Part shown: positions 26,252-34,640 of the stretch, piece by piece
Numbering within the stretch: position 1 is the first letter of the stretch
Layout of the letters: the number at the start of each line of letters is the position of its first letter
IMG/VR virus record: IMGVR_UViG_3300042090_002405
Location: 1 to 64,000 of that record
Strand: one strand, 5' to 3'
Origin: a virus
DNA length: 64,000 nucleotides
The notes under the pieces: model-generated
The model's input: the letters and a program-made list of their open reading frames with translations, nothing else
Database searches by the model: none
What the model was told of the DNA's origin: nothing
Program-made: the position numbers and the translations under genes

Positions 26252-26512
26252 CCAACGGACGAGAACACGAACAAGCAAAAGACGGGCGGCGAGGGTGAAG
26301 ATTCGATCGAGGACGTATGCCTTCTATCCTGCGACATTTGCGGCCAGGAAGAGATCGCGGAGGAAGTAGACGAGTTTTGGGTCACGTTCACGGCCCCTAC
26401 GGCCTTCGAAGTGCTCGTGTGCGACGATTGCGCCGACGACTCGAAAAACCTCGAGAGGGCTCTTCAGATATTCCTGGAAACGCGTGCAGCTAGCAGAATG
26501 CTGGCATCATGA
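26252..26512 (+). pseudogene. Zinc-finger reading frame lacking an in-frame 5' start
   Basis: CDIC...CDDC frame follows the SNF2 TGA in frame and ends in an ATGA overlap with 26509; missing from the ORF track. Confidence 0.55.
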
Positions 26513-27117
26513 GCACGGGCATGCACCCGAAAGATCGTTTCGCGCAGCTAACCGCCCTCGTCCAAAGGGAGCTGCCCTCTTTGGGGGAGTGCGCCGCGCC
26601 CGCGCGGCGCCCCTCCAAGGCCGGCTGGAGCGCCTCCGAGGTGCTCAAGGCCCTCCAGGAGGGACGGAAGAAAGAAGACGAGGCAAGGCGCAAGCGACGC
26701 GGACGCATCTTGGCGATGATGGCGTGCGCATGGCGAGAACGAGCATACGTGGGTTTTCTTGAGCGACGACTCCCCGCGTTCCGGTGCGGGGATCAAACAG
26801 TCCGCGTGGTCACAATCGTTCAGGCAGACGGGGCACGGCTCGTGGCTGCACACGGCGCACGGTTGCTGCTCGCACTCGGCGCACGCGATCTCCAAAAGAG
26901 CATCGTCGTACTCGAGCGGCGGTTGCGACGTCCAACCGGAGAGGTGCGGGCGAATCCTGGCTCGTCTCATCGCGGCTTGCCGTGCGAGCGAATCACGCCG
27001 GAGTCTATCCGCGTCCGCTCGGACTTCTGCAACGGGTACCCCGTCGAGAAGGCAAACTCAGGACCTGGCAGTCGTCCTCCGCCGTCGACCCGTCAATCTC
27101 GACCAACAAGACGTTAG
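26509..27117 (+). CDS. Hypothetical protein (3' part overlaps a convergent Cys-rich ORF)
   Basis: ATGA-coupled start. Confidence 0.4.
   Translation: MSTGMHPKDRFAQLTALVQRELPSLGECAAPARRPSKAGWSASEVLKALQEGRKKEDEARRKRRGRILAMMACAWRERAYVGFLERRLPAFRCGDQTVRVVTIVQADGARLVAAHGARLLLALGARDLQKSIVVLERRLRRPTGEVRANPGSSHRGLPCERITPESIRVRSDFCNGYPVEKANSGPGSRPPPSTRQSRPTRR
26548..26970 (-). CDS. Cys-rich hypothetical protein
   Basis: CAEC-PCAVC-PCPVC-DC-DC cluster. Confidence 0.4.
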   Translation of the reverse strand: MRRARIRPHLSGWTSQPPLEYDDALLEIACAECEQQPCAVCSHEPCPVCLNDCDHADCLIPAPERGESSLKKTHVCSFSPCARHHRQDASASLAPCLVFFLPSLLEGLEHLGGAPAGLGGAPRGRGALPQRGQLPLDEGG

Positions 27118-27156
27118 GATGTTCGAAGGTTGCTTCGCATGCTTGGCAACGAAAGT

Positions 27157-27552
27157 TCACGTTGCGGTTCTCTTGCCGTTGCCGATCGTGTACGTCGTCG
27201 CTCTCTTGTTGCCCGATTTCTTGATCCGCTTCTCTTTCAGAGCCAGGGCGATGGGCCGGGGAAGCTCTTTCGCCTCGAGTCCGAGTTTTTCGCGGAGCGC
27301 TTCGGCCCGGAGCCCTTCGGGGGCCTTTGCGAGCAAAGAGCAGATCTTGTCGACAACCGCGCCGACGTCAGCGGCGGAGCGACGGGGGAGCCGGCCCGAG
27401 GCATTCCTCTTTTTTCGAGCCCCCAACGTCGGCGACGCCGCGGGGGCGGTACCGTTCGGCTTCACCTTCTTAATGACTTCGTTCAGGACCATCGCGCGGA
27501 TAGCAGCGACGAGCTCTTCCACCTTTTGCTCTACTTGTGCCGAGGTCGACAT
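27157..27552 (-). CDS. Winged-helix DNA-binding protein, myxobacterial type
   Basis: RLPRRS...GLRAEALREKLGLEAKELPRPI...KSGNKRATTY. Confidence 0.75.
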   Translation of the reverse strand: MSTSAQVEQKVEELVAAIRAMVLNEVIKKVKPNGTAPAASPTLGARKKRNASGRLPRRSAADVGAVVDKICSLLAKAPEGLRAEALREKLGLEAKELPRPIALALKEKRIKKSGNKRATTYTIGNGKRTAT

Positions 27553-27582
27553 GAGTATTCTTTCTTCCTTCCTTCCGAGGCC

Positions 27583-27650
27583 ACCGTAGCGTCCTCGTAG
27601 CTCGCCGTCAACCCGTGAGCTTGACTGAGCTACATAGGAGGTGGCACAAT
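27583..27650. promoter_or_regulatory. Divergent sigma70-like promoters sharing GAGCTAC
   Basis: Minus TTGACG-N17-TACGGT; plus TTGACT-N18-CACAAT; both spacers contain GAGCTAC. Confidence 0.55.
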
Positions 27651-27864
27651 GGCGGCTGGCATGAAAAAGAAGGAGAGAAAGCCCAAGGGCGTCAAGAAGG
27701 ACCTAACCAAGGTCCGCATGCTTCGTATGGGAGCCGATCTCGAGGCACGCATATGTGAACATCAGGCACGCGTCGAGGGGGAGACCGGATACGCGATTCA
27801 GGGGGGCTTTTCGGGTATGGTGCGCCTCCTGCTTGAGGAGGCCTTGGAGAGTCACTATGGATGA
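27649..27864 (+). CDS. RHH-like regulator
   Basis: VRMLRMGADLEARI...FSGMVRLLLEEAL; AGGAGGT RBS. Confidence 0.6.
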   Translation: MAAGMKKKERKPKGVKKDLTKVRMLRMGADLEARICEHQARVEGETGYAIQGGFSGMVRLLLEEALESHYG

Positions 27865-28112
27865 AGCGAATGACAAGAGCTGAGTTCATACAACGAGCCG
27901 TCCTCGCCGTCAGCGATCGCCGTTCTATATCCGACGCGGTTGACCTCGCCAACGCGCTTGAATCATCTGGAAAGGCACCGTGGGACGACACGAAAGAAAA
28001 TCGCCAGAACCGCGAGCAAATGATGTTCGGCGGGTGCCCTACTTGCGAGCGGTATCTTGACATCATCGCCGAACTGAAGACCGCCGAACTGAAACGCAAT
28101 CGGCAAGCGTAA
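27861..28112 (+). CDS. Hypothetical protein
   Basis: ATGA-coupled ORF. Confidence 0.55.
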   Translation: MKRMTRAEFIQRAVLAVSDRRSISDAVDLANALESSGKAPWDDTKENRQNREQMMFGGCPTCERYLDIIAELKTAELKRNRQA

Positions 28113-28212
28113 GCATCATCGGGCGCGTTGCGGCCACGTGCCGCCAGGTAGGAAGAGAGGAATCCGCCAAAATGCTCGAGGCGGTGGCGCGCGAAGTAAG
28201 CGCACGTGACAG

Positions 28213-28509
28213 ATGACTCAGCGACCCTACCGCGAACTAGCGCTTGTCGCGCCACGCGTCGATGAGCTGGCGACACCCTTGTCACCGCTCAGCAAGACAC
28301 GGTGTCCAAAATGTACCGCAATACCTGAATTCTCAGCATTCGCTTCTTCATACAAATCCGATCCAATCGTATTCAGTGGCCGTGGCCTATGCACTGGGCG
28401 GAAGATCGGGCACGAGACGCGCGAGCATTTTCACGTCAAATGCAGAGTCTGCAAATCGCGTTTCTTGATGGCACCGGCGGATAGCCCCTCTCCGATGGAT
28501 GACAAATGA
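28213..28509 (+). CDS. Zinc-ribbon hypothetical protein
   Basis: CPKC...CRVC. Confidence 0.55.
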   Translation: MTQRPYRELALVAPRVDELATPLSPLSKTRCPKCTAIPEFSAFASSYKSDPIVFSGRGLCTGRKIGHETREHFHVKCRVCKSRFLMAPADSPSPMDDK

Positions 28510-28811
28510 CCGACTACATCCGCACCGATGCCGAGCTCGCTCATCAGCACGCCTACGAGGCGCGCGAAGCCGCCCGGCATGCCGTCGCGGCGATCCACTA
28601 CCGCATCGTCGAGAGCGCCCCGCCGCCGGCGGACATCATCACCCGCGGGGCCGCATGGCGCGTCGTCCGCGAGATCTCCAAAAAGCAGGAATGGAGCGGA
28701 TGGTTTTTCAGACGCGTAGAGGCCGCTGCGTACCGCGACGAGCAGATGCGACGAGACAGAGCAGCGGCGCAGAGGCTAGGGATTCATGTGCACGTGACGG
28801 GCGATCGATGA
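28506..28811 (+). CDS. Hypothetical protein
   Basis: ATGA-coupled ORF. Confidence 0.55.
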   Translation: MTDYIRTDAELAHQHAYEAREAARHAVAAIHYRIVESAPPPADIITRGAAWRVVREISKKQEWSGWFFRRVEAAAYRDEQMRRDRAAAQRLGIHVHVTGDR

Positions 28812-29020
28812 CCACCGTCGGCGTCTCCGGCATGGGCCGCGATCAACTGATTGCGCTGCTCCACGCAACCGCCGACGAGCGGGATGCAATGCGCAAGGCG
28901 CTCCAGGACACCCTCAGCGTCATCGCTAAGGAGGCCGAAACACCGCATGCACGCCATGGCGATCTTGATCGGCGCATCAAGGACATCGAACAGTTAGCTC
29001 GCGTTGCGCTTTGGTTGTAA
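28808..29020 (+). CDS. Hypothetical coiled-coil protein
   Basis: ATGA-coupled ORF. Confidence 0.55.
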   Translation: MTTVGVSGMGRDQLIALLHATADERDAMRKALQDTLSVIAKEAETPHARHGDLDRRIKDIEQLARVALWL

Positions 29021-29032
29021 CGGAGGAATCCT

Positions 29033-29299
29033 ATGGACGCACGACAGAAAGCAAAAGACCTGATAACCCTCGCCCTCGACGAGCGCACCCCAGAAAAGGA
29101 GCGGATTTCGGCCGCTTTTGGATGCCTGAAGGTGATCGCGAAAAACGGGCTCCTCGACAGTCCTCTTGACGGCATCCTCAGCAGCGATAACGAGACGGTA
29201 CAGGCCGCTGCGACAATCTTCGAGGCGTTGTCCAACCCCGTCCTCGTGAAGAGCGTACGGAAGATCGCGGGCGGGTTCAGCCGGGGGCGGCGGCGATGA
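29033..29299 (+). CDS. Hypothetical protein
   Basis: GGAGG RBS. Confidence 0.65.
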   Translation: MDARQKAKDLITLALDERTPEKERISAAFGCLKVIAKNGLLDSPLDGILSSDNETVQAAATIFEALSNPVLVKSVRKIAGGFSRGRRR

Positions 29300-29598
29300 G
29301 CATGCGGGGTGAACCGGCACGAGAGTGGTTCACTTTATTTGAAAATAGAGTGAAAATATTGGAGGGGAAGGTGCGGCGGCTCGAAGAAAGGAGCGTTCAA
29401 CCCTCCGTCGAGACGACGACGGGCACCGAGGACATGAACGCCGCCCGTGAGTGGCTCCGCCGCGAAGCGACCGAAGCGCCGTACGAGGGCCAGCGGGAGC
29501 GGCTTGCCGCCTTGCTCGCGAAAACGCGTCGGGATGCGCTGGAGCGAGCGATGCTATATGCGTGGAAATCGCCGCAGAATGTGTTCAGGAAGGCATGA
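29296..29598 (+). CDS. Hypothetical protein
   Basis: ATGA-coupled ORF. Confidence 0.5.
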   Translation: MSMRGEPAREWFTLFENRVKILEGKVRRLEERSVQPSVETTTGTEDMNAAREWLRREATEAPYEGQRERLAALLAKTRRDALERAMLYAWKSPQNVFRKA

Positions 29599-29653
29599 GA
29601 GACGGGGCGTTGCTCTGTAAAGGATACATCGAGGCGCTAATCGGAAAGTAGGA

Positions 29654-30019
29654 TCAGCTACAGAGCTTCGCGATCCCCTCCTTGATCAGCCCCTCGAGGG
29701 GCTCCCCGGCGACCACCCGCGGGCGCACCGTCGCGGCGAACGCCCGAACAGCGGGCGCCCGGAACCCCATCCCGACTAGGGCATGCGTGAGCTGCTCCTC
29801 CTTCGGGCCCTCCCCTGCCTTCTCGGCCGGCTTCGGCGCGGTCTCCGGGGCCCTCGGGGCCTTCGCCGGGCTCTTCATGGCCCCCGCCAGCCATGCTACC
29901 GCCCTCGTCATCGCCTGTAGCGCCCTAGCAGCCAGCTCGAGGAGTCCGGCGGTCAAGCCGAGCACCCCGGCGACGAGCCCGAAGACGGCAACCAAGAGGC
30001 GGATGACGGCACGTTTCAT
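29654..30019 (-). CDS. Membrane-anchored protein with RuvA C-terminal-like domain
   Basis: N-terminal hydrophobic helix, Pro/Ala linker, ALVGMGF...LEGLIKEGIAKL; AGGAGG RBS. Confidence 0.7.
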   Translation of the reverse strand: MKRAVIRLLVAVFGLVAGVLGLTAGLLELAARALQAMTRAVAWLAGAMKSPAKAPRAPETAPKPAEKAGEGPKEEQLTHALVGMGFRAPAVRAFAATVRPRVVAGEPLEGLIKEGIAKLCS

Positions 30020-30057
30020 GATCTGTCCTCCTGCGCGCGGATCCTGTCTGCACCTCT

Positions 30058-30141
30058 ATTCTAACCATCTGGGATTCGGCGTCAACCAGCGACGTTCTTT
30101 AGGTTGCAGTGGTTGACAAGGAATCGCACTGGGATTATTGT
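30058..30141. promoter_or_regulatory. Divergent sigma70-like promoters
   Basis: Minus TTGACG-N16-TAGAAT; plus TTGACA-N17-TATTGT; CTGGGATT occurs in both promoter regions. Confidence 0.6.
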
Positions 30142-30238
30142 GAGGGTATGAAGACGGCGCGAAAGACCTCGACGACGAAGAAGACCACGAAGAAGTTTGC
30201 CCCGGTATTGGTTCCACCACCCACATTCGGAGATTTGC

Positions 30239-30442
30239 ATGACCCTCGCCGATTTAGAACTCGAGCTCGCCAAGCGCGGTGTCGTTCTCGCGGTTCACCG
30301 ATCAGCCGGCCGCTGGCTTGCTCTCGTCACGGGAGAGGTGAGTGGTACCGGCGAGTCATTGGAACTAGACGTGGCGGTCTATCGAGCGCTAGCAAAGTTC
30401 GACGAAAAAATAGCGCAGAGCTTCTGTAAGGGGTCAGCGTGA
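30239..30442 (+). CDS. Hypothetical protein
   Basis: GGAG RBS before MTLADLE. Confidence 0.5.
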   Translation: MTLADLELELAKRGVVLAVHRSAGRWLALVTGEVSGTGESLELDVAVYRALAKFDEKIAQSFCKGSA

Positions 30443-30605
30443 CCTCCGGGCGCCCTCGTCGCGGCGGTCCTCGTCGATCAAAATACGCCCTCCAGCACCC
30501 CTATTGCTGCCCCGTCTGCGGCGGTGCGATGCGTGAAACTTCAGGGATGGTGCGTGTTCTGGTTTGCGCCGATCGCACGTGCGCACCGGCCTTTTATCGA
30601 AAGGG

Positions 30606-30788
30606 ATGAAAATGTGGACGATCGAGTGCCGATGGGCGAAAGAGGGATGCGAGTGGGTGCGGCAGGTCGACTTGGATGGCCGACCATCCGTGTATTACTC
30701 GCACCAAGAGGCCGCACAGGACGCGGCGACGCTAAACGACATGGCGGGGGCGACGGGTTGGGAGTTCCGGGCGGTCGTGGCGCCATGA
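30606..30788 (+). CDS. Hypothetical protein
   Basis: Coupled to next ORF. Confidence 0.5.
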   Translation: MKMWTIECRWAKEGCEWVRQVDLDGRPSVYYSHQEAAQDAATLNDMAGATGWEFRAVVAP

Positions 30789-30952
30789 ACCATCTGTCGC
30801 GAGACGAGCTAAGCCTCGTTCGGGCCTTTTTGCGGGATCGGCAGGGCCAGGTTGTTCCGACGCCGCGTGCTTGGATTACGGCACTCCTGGACGAGGTCGA
30901 GCAACGTCGACGCGCCTCCAACGAAGACGACGAGGTAGAGAAGAAGTCATGA
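30785..30952 (+). CDS. Hypothetical protein
   Basis: ATGA overlaps on both sides. Confidence 0.5.
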   Translation: MNHLSRDELSLVRAFLRDRQGQVVPTPRAWITALLDEVEQRRRASNEDDEVEKKS

Positions 30953-31137
30953 CTGACAAGGAAGAGAGCAGTATCCAGATAGCCGTACGCCTTCCGGAGT
31001 CCTGGCTCAGGGAGCTCGACGACTTCGCCAAGGCGGCGTCCGAGCCGGGACGGCAGACGTACCGTGCGGACGTGCATCGAATGGCACTTCGTCGCGGGCT
31101 TGATCTTTTGGCGAAAGAGCGCAAGAAGCGGGGATGA
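30949..31137 (+). CDS. RHH-like regulator
   Basis: IAVRLPESWLRELDDFA...RADVHRMALRRGL. Confidence 0.75.
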   Translation: MTDKEESSIQIAVRLPESWLRELDDFAKAASEPGRQTYRADVHRMALRRGLDLLAKERKKRG

Positions 31138-31343
31138 GAAAAGTAGAGGAGGAACCCGTCTGCCCCGCGGCCATTGCCGGGACGGATCCCTCGTGGGTGC
31201 CCCGAACGCCCGATCTGCGCTTCGGGCTGCGCAACGGCCGGCTCTGCTCACTGCCGCAGAGACTGTCGCTGAAGCCGACGGTAGAGGAAATGATCGTCGT
31301 CGACGAGCCCACCGAGGGGGACCGGAACGAAGAGGCAAGATGA
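31134..31343 (+). CDS. Hypothetical protein
   Basis: ATGA-coupled ORF. Confidence 0.45.
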   Translation: MRKVEEEPVCPAAIAGTDPSWVPRTPDLRFGLRNGRLCSLPQRLSLKPTVEEMIVVDEPTEGDRNEEAR

Positions 31344-31537
31344 AGACGTGTATCGTGTGCGATTGTCGCGACAGCGGCTCGGAAGGTTTGCCGGATGCGC
31401 TCTTACAGGGCGCGGCGACTACTACTCTCGCCTTTGTTCTTGAAGAGGGCGTCACGGCTGCAAGAGACGGTTTGTGTGGTCGACACCGGACGTTGGTAGA
31501 GGCGGCGCGGGAGATAGCTAGAGGAATGCGGCAATGA
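31340..31537 (+). CDS. Small zinc-binding protein
   Basis: CIVC...CGRH. Confidence 0.5.
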   Translation: MKTCIVCDCRDSGSEGLPDALLQGAATTTLAFVLEEGVTAARDGLCGRHRTLVEAAREIARGMRQ

Positions 31538-31870
31538 GACTCGTGGTCATCGAAAGCCCGTACGGGCGCAATGTAGACGGCTCCGTTGCCATGCGAGCGC
31601 ATATGTGCAAACACGACCGAGGGGCCGAGTGGGAGTCGGAGGTGTGTCACGATTGCGGGATGCGGTTGAAGGGAACGGGGCGCCCTCATCCGGTAGAATA
31701 TGACGAATGAACCGCGCCGAGCATGCGTACGCCGGTCTCCATGATGTGACGTCGATCGGCGTCGTTCGCGTGGTGGCAGTCGAACAGAACACGATTCGCG
31801 TGATAGGATGGGTACGCCGTCCGCGCCAGAAACCGTATCGCGCGCTGCGCCCTTTTTGCGAGGAGCCGTC

Positions 31871-32194
31871 ATGAGCGTCCAATTCATCGTGCAAGTCTTC
31901 GTGTCTTCGAGGTCCAAGCTTGAAGCGCCCGACATTGAAGGAGTGGTGTACGACGTCGCTAGCACAAGCACGTTTCATGGATGTTCGTGGACCTACCACG
32001 ACGGAACGGCAGTCGGGGGACTATATCAGTTCGAGCGCAGTCTCCACACGCCGGAGGACGCAGAGGCCTCGACGATCATCCGTGACATTCAACGGGGTAT
32101 TCGGCGTGCGGTCGGCGCGGGCCCGACCATAGACGTGCGCGTTCTGAACGCTGATCAGGCTAGATGGGTAGTTGAATTGAGGCGGCGGGGATAG
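31871..32194 (+). CDS. Hypothetical protein
   Basis: GAGGAG RBS; converges on the late region. Confidence 0.55.
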   Translation: MSVQFIVQVFVSSRSKLEAPDIEGVVYDVASTSTFHGCSWTYHDGTAVGGLYQFERSLHTPEDAEASTIIRDIQRGIRRAVGAGPTIDVRVLNADQARWVVELRRRG

Positions 32195-32195
32195 A

Positions 32196-34142
32196 TCAGT
32201 CCCCGCGTACGGGGCCTTCGGCCGCGGACCGTTTCGGCCTCACCGTCGATCGCGGCGGATTCCGGCTCAAGATGAACTCCACGTATCCGCCCTCTTGGTC
32301 GGCGTGCTGCTTGGCCTCGCCGTAGTCGCGGAAGGGGCCGGCGACGGCGCGGCCGTCCACGTCGACGGCGATGTAATCGCGAACGGCATGCCCCCCGGCT
32401 TCCGCGATGGTTCCTCCTTGAGGGCCGCTCATCGCTCTACGGTTCGATAGTCCGTGCGCCGGAGAATGCTCTACGATCGGCTCCGCGTTGGCCGGCAGCC
32501 TATCGATCGTCTTCCGCTCGCCCGGCGCGTGCGTGTGCCAGTAGCCGCCCTCGGACCAAACGCAGGATTCGGCGTACCAGCCGTCCTCCAGCGGGAAGTA
32601 GAGTCTTGTTTCGCCGTCGACGACGCTTACGTGGGTCGCGCCCTCGCGCTGGGCGTGCGCGATGAGCTCGGGGAGGGTAGAGAAATCAGCAACTAGGTGT
32701 TGCGTCTCGCGAGCCCGCTTGCTCGTCAAAGGCGGATACTCATCGATGACATCGGCCCCGTAATGCAGGGTGACCCGATATCCCTGTCGTGCATGCGTCA
32801 ATGCGGATACTCTCGCCCTACGTTCGTCGTGCGCAAACGTCGCGCTTGCTAACGAATGGGTCCCGTAATCAGGGCGCGAGAGAGTGAGCCACCAACCTTC
32901 ATGCTCTTCGGAGACGGTCTCGTGCATTTCTCGCATTCCGCGCCCCGCCATCGGCCCATGCCCCGGCTGCGTCGTGGCCAGATTCGACGCCTCTTCGCGA
33001 CTCCACCATCGTTGCCAGGATGGACCGAAACGGTGGCCGCCGTCGATCGGCTGAATCGCATGTGCAATGGCGCCATCGATATGGGCTCCATGCGACGCTA
33101 GAGCTGCCTCGAATTGATAAATCGACGGCGTGGATCCTTGCACATGCCACTCAACAGTGACCTTGTCAGACTGGATGTCGTGTGGCGTGGGGGCGCCTTT
33201 GGCGTAGAGGTTGGTAGCCTTGTAGTCGTAGATGACTACGTCGCCGACTTTCCACTCGAACGCCGTCTTGTACGGATCTGCGACCATGTGCGGCTGTCCG
33301 AACATGCGAACTAAGTCGGAGTATTTTGCAAGGAGGATATTCTCGTCGCGCAGGAAGACAGGTCCGGACGGTTCCGTCTTGCCGCATCGGCCGGCCACGG
33401 TTCCCCGCACCTCTCCGACTTCTCCGCCCTCCGCAAGTGCCGCCGCCAGCGCATCCCGGATGGTGTAGAGCTCGTCGATGTCTTTCTTCGAGAAGGTCCC
33501 CTTGCCGAGGTGGTACTTCTTCCCTGTTTTTTTCACCTTGCCGATGTCGGTCTCGATGTTCGCCAAGGCATCGCGAATGACCTCCGCGGGAGCCTCCCCG
33601 CCGCTACTGTAGATCGCATAGAGCGGATCCCCCTGCCCGGCCCACCAGTTCTGAAAGAGCTGCAACGCTTCGTAGTCGTAGATTATGATCACACGGTCGG
33701 CGTCCACGGGATGATGGTGTTGGCGAACTACGGGCTTCGGGCTCATCGGCGTCTCCAAGTACGAGGACTCTTCTTTCAGGCCTTCGGTGCTTCCGTAGGG
33801 CGCAGGGGCCACGACGGAGAGAGGTTCTTCAGCGGGGCGAATCGCGTCCTCCCATGTGAGCTTCTCACGGATCCACCATGCAGGCGCGCCAGTAAGCCAC
33901 GCCTCGCCGCGGGGGCTGATCCGCACTAGCAAATCGATGATCTTGTCGCCGATTTTGTCCGCGCGTCCTTCGAACCGTTCAAGTTTCGCGCGCTCGGCCC
34001 GTGTGATCCAGTTCTGCCAGCGCGGGTCGGAATAACCGTACCGAGCTTGCAGCGAAGATCGGTACTCGTCGGCAGCGGCGCGCGCCGTCGCGTAGGACGC
34101 GTGCAGATCATCCCATCTTCGTCTGTCGGCCGCGGTAGGCAT
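32196..34142 (-). CDS. Large mosaic hypothetical protein
   Basis: 648-aa ORF of apparent short domains joined by linkers. Confidence 0.75.
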   Translation of the reverse strand: MPTAADRRRWDDLHASYATARAAADEYRSSLQARYGYSDPRWQNWITRAERAKLERFEGRADKIGDKIIDLLVRISPRGEAWLTGAPAWWIREKLTWEDAIRPAEEPLSVVAPAPYGSTEGLKEESSYLETPMSPKPVVRQHHHPVDADRVIIIYDYEALQLFQNWWAGQGDPLYAIYSSGGEAPAEVIRDALANIETDIGKVKKTGKKYHLGKGTFSKKDIDELYTIRDALAAALAEGGEVGEVRGTVAGRCGKTEPSGPVFLRDENILLAKYSDLVRMFGQPHMVADPYKTAFEWKVGDVVIYDYKATNLYAKGAPTPHDIQSDKVTVEWHVQGSTPSIYQFEAALASHGAHIDGAIAHAIQPIDGGHRFGPSWQRWWSREEASNLATTQPGHGPMAGRGMREMHETVSEEHEGWWLTLSRPDYGTHSLASATFAHDERRARVSALTHARQGYRVTLHYGADVIDEYPPLTSKRARETQHLVADFSTLPELIAHAQREGATHVSVVDGETRLYFPLEDGWYAESCVWSEGGYWHTHAPGERKTIDRLPANAEPIVEHSPAHGLSNRRAMSGPQGGTIAEAGGHAVRDYIAVDVDGRAVAGPFRDYGEAKQHADQEGGYVEFILSRNPPRSTVRPKRSAAEGPVRGD

Positions 34143-34144
34143 TT

Positions 34145-34609
34145 TTACCGGCGTCTCCTCGACTCCATCACGTGCGTCGGCGGGGTCGATACGACGGGCG
34201 GGGGCGGTACTTCCTCCTCTTCCTCTTCTTCCTCCTCATCGTTCTCTTCGTCGTTCTCTTCGTCCCCCTCGCATCCCTCGTCCTCTTCTTCCTCGTCTTC
34301 TTCAAACTCTTCCTGGATCTCGTCCCACAGCTCCCGGGCGCCGTCTTCGTGTTCGAACCATGTCACCTCGAAGCATCCGTCCACCTGCTCGAACACCGCC
34401 GCAACGCTCGTGTCCAAAAGCGCGTCGTCGCTGTCGTCGAGTGCAACGTTCTCGTCCGCGATGCTCCGGATGCGCATCCGCGTGGAGGGACTTATCCAGA
34501 GAAGTCCGTACCAGTTGCCGTCGACGTCCTCCTCTTCCTCGTCGGCGCCCCCGTCTTGCGTGAGCTCGTACGCGTACCGATCGAGGTTGTTGCTGAATTT
34601 TCCGGGCAT
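34145..34609 (-). CDS. Highly acidic protein
   Basis: GGAGGAG RBS; long E/D tract. Confidence 0.7.
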   Translation of the reverse strand: MPGKFSNNLDRYAYELTQDGGADEEEEDVDGNWYGLLWISPSTRMRIRSIADENVALDDSDDALLDTSVAAVFEQVDGCFEVTWFEHEDGARELWDEIQEEFEEDEEEEDEGCEGDEENDEENDEEEEEEEEEVPPPPVVSTPPTHVMESRRRR

Positions 34610-34640
34610 CGTCATCTCCTCCAAAGTCCGTGCATACGAT

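Noticed and set aside
30541-31971. Long minus-strand ORF (476 aa) and many similar antisense ORFs in the track
   Set aside because: Shadow frames of GC-rich coding DNA; the opposite strand has coupled genes with RBSs.
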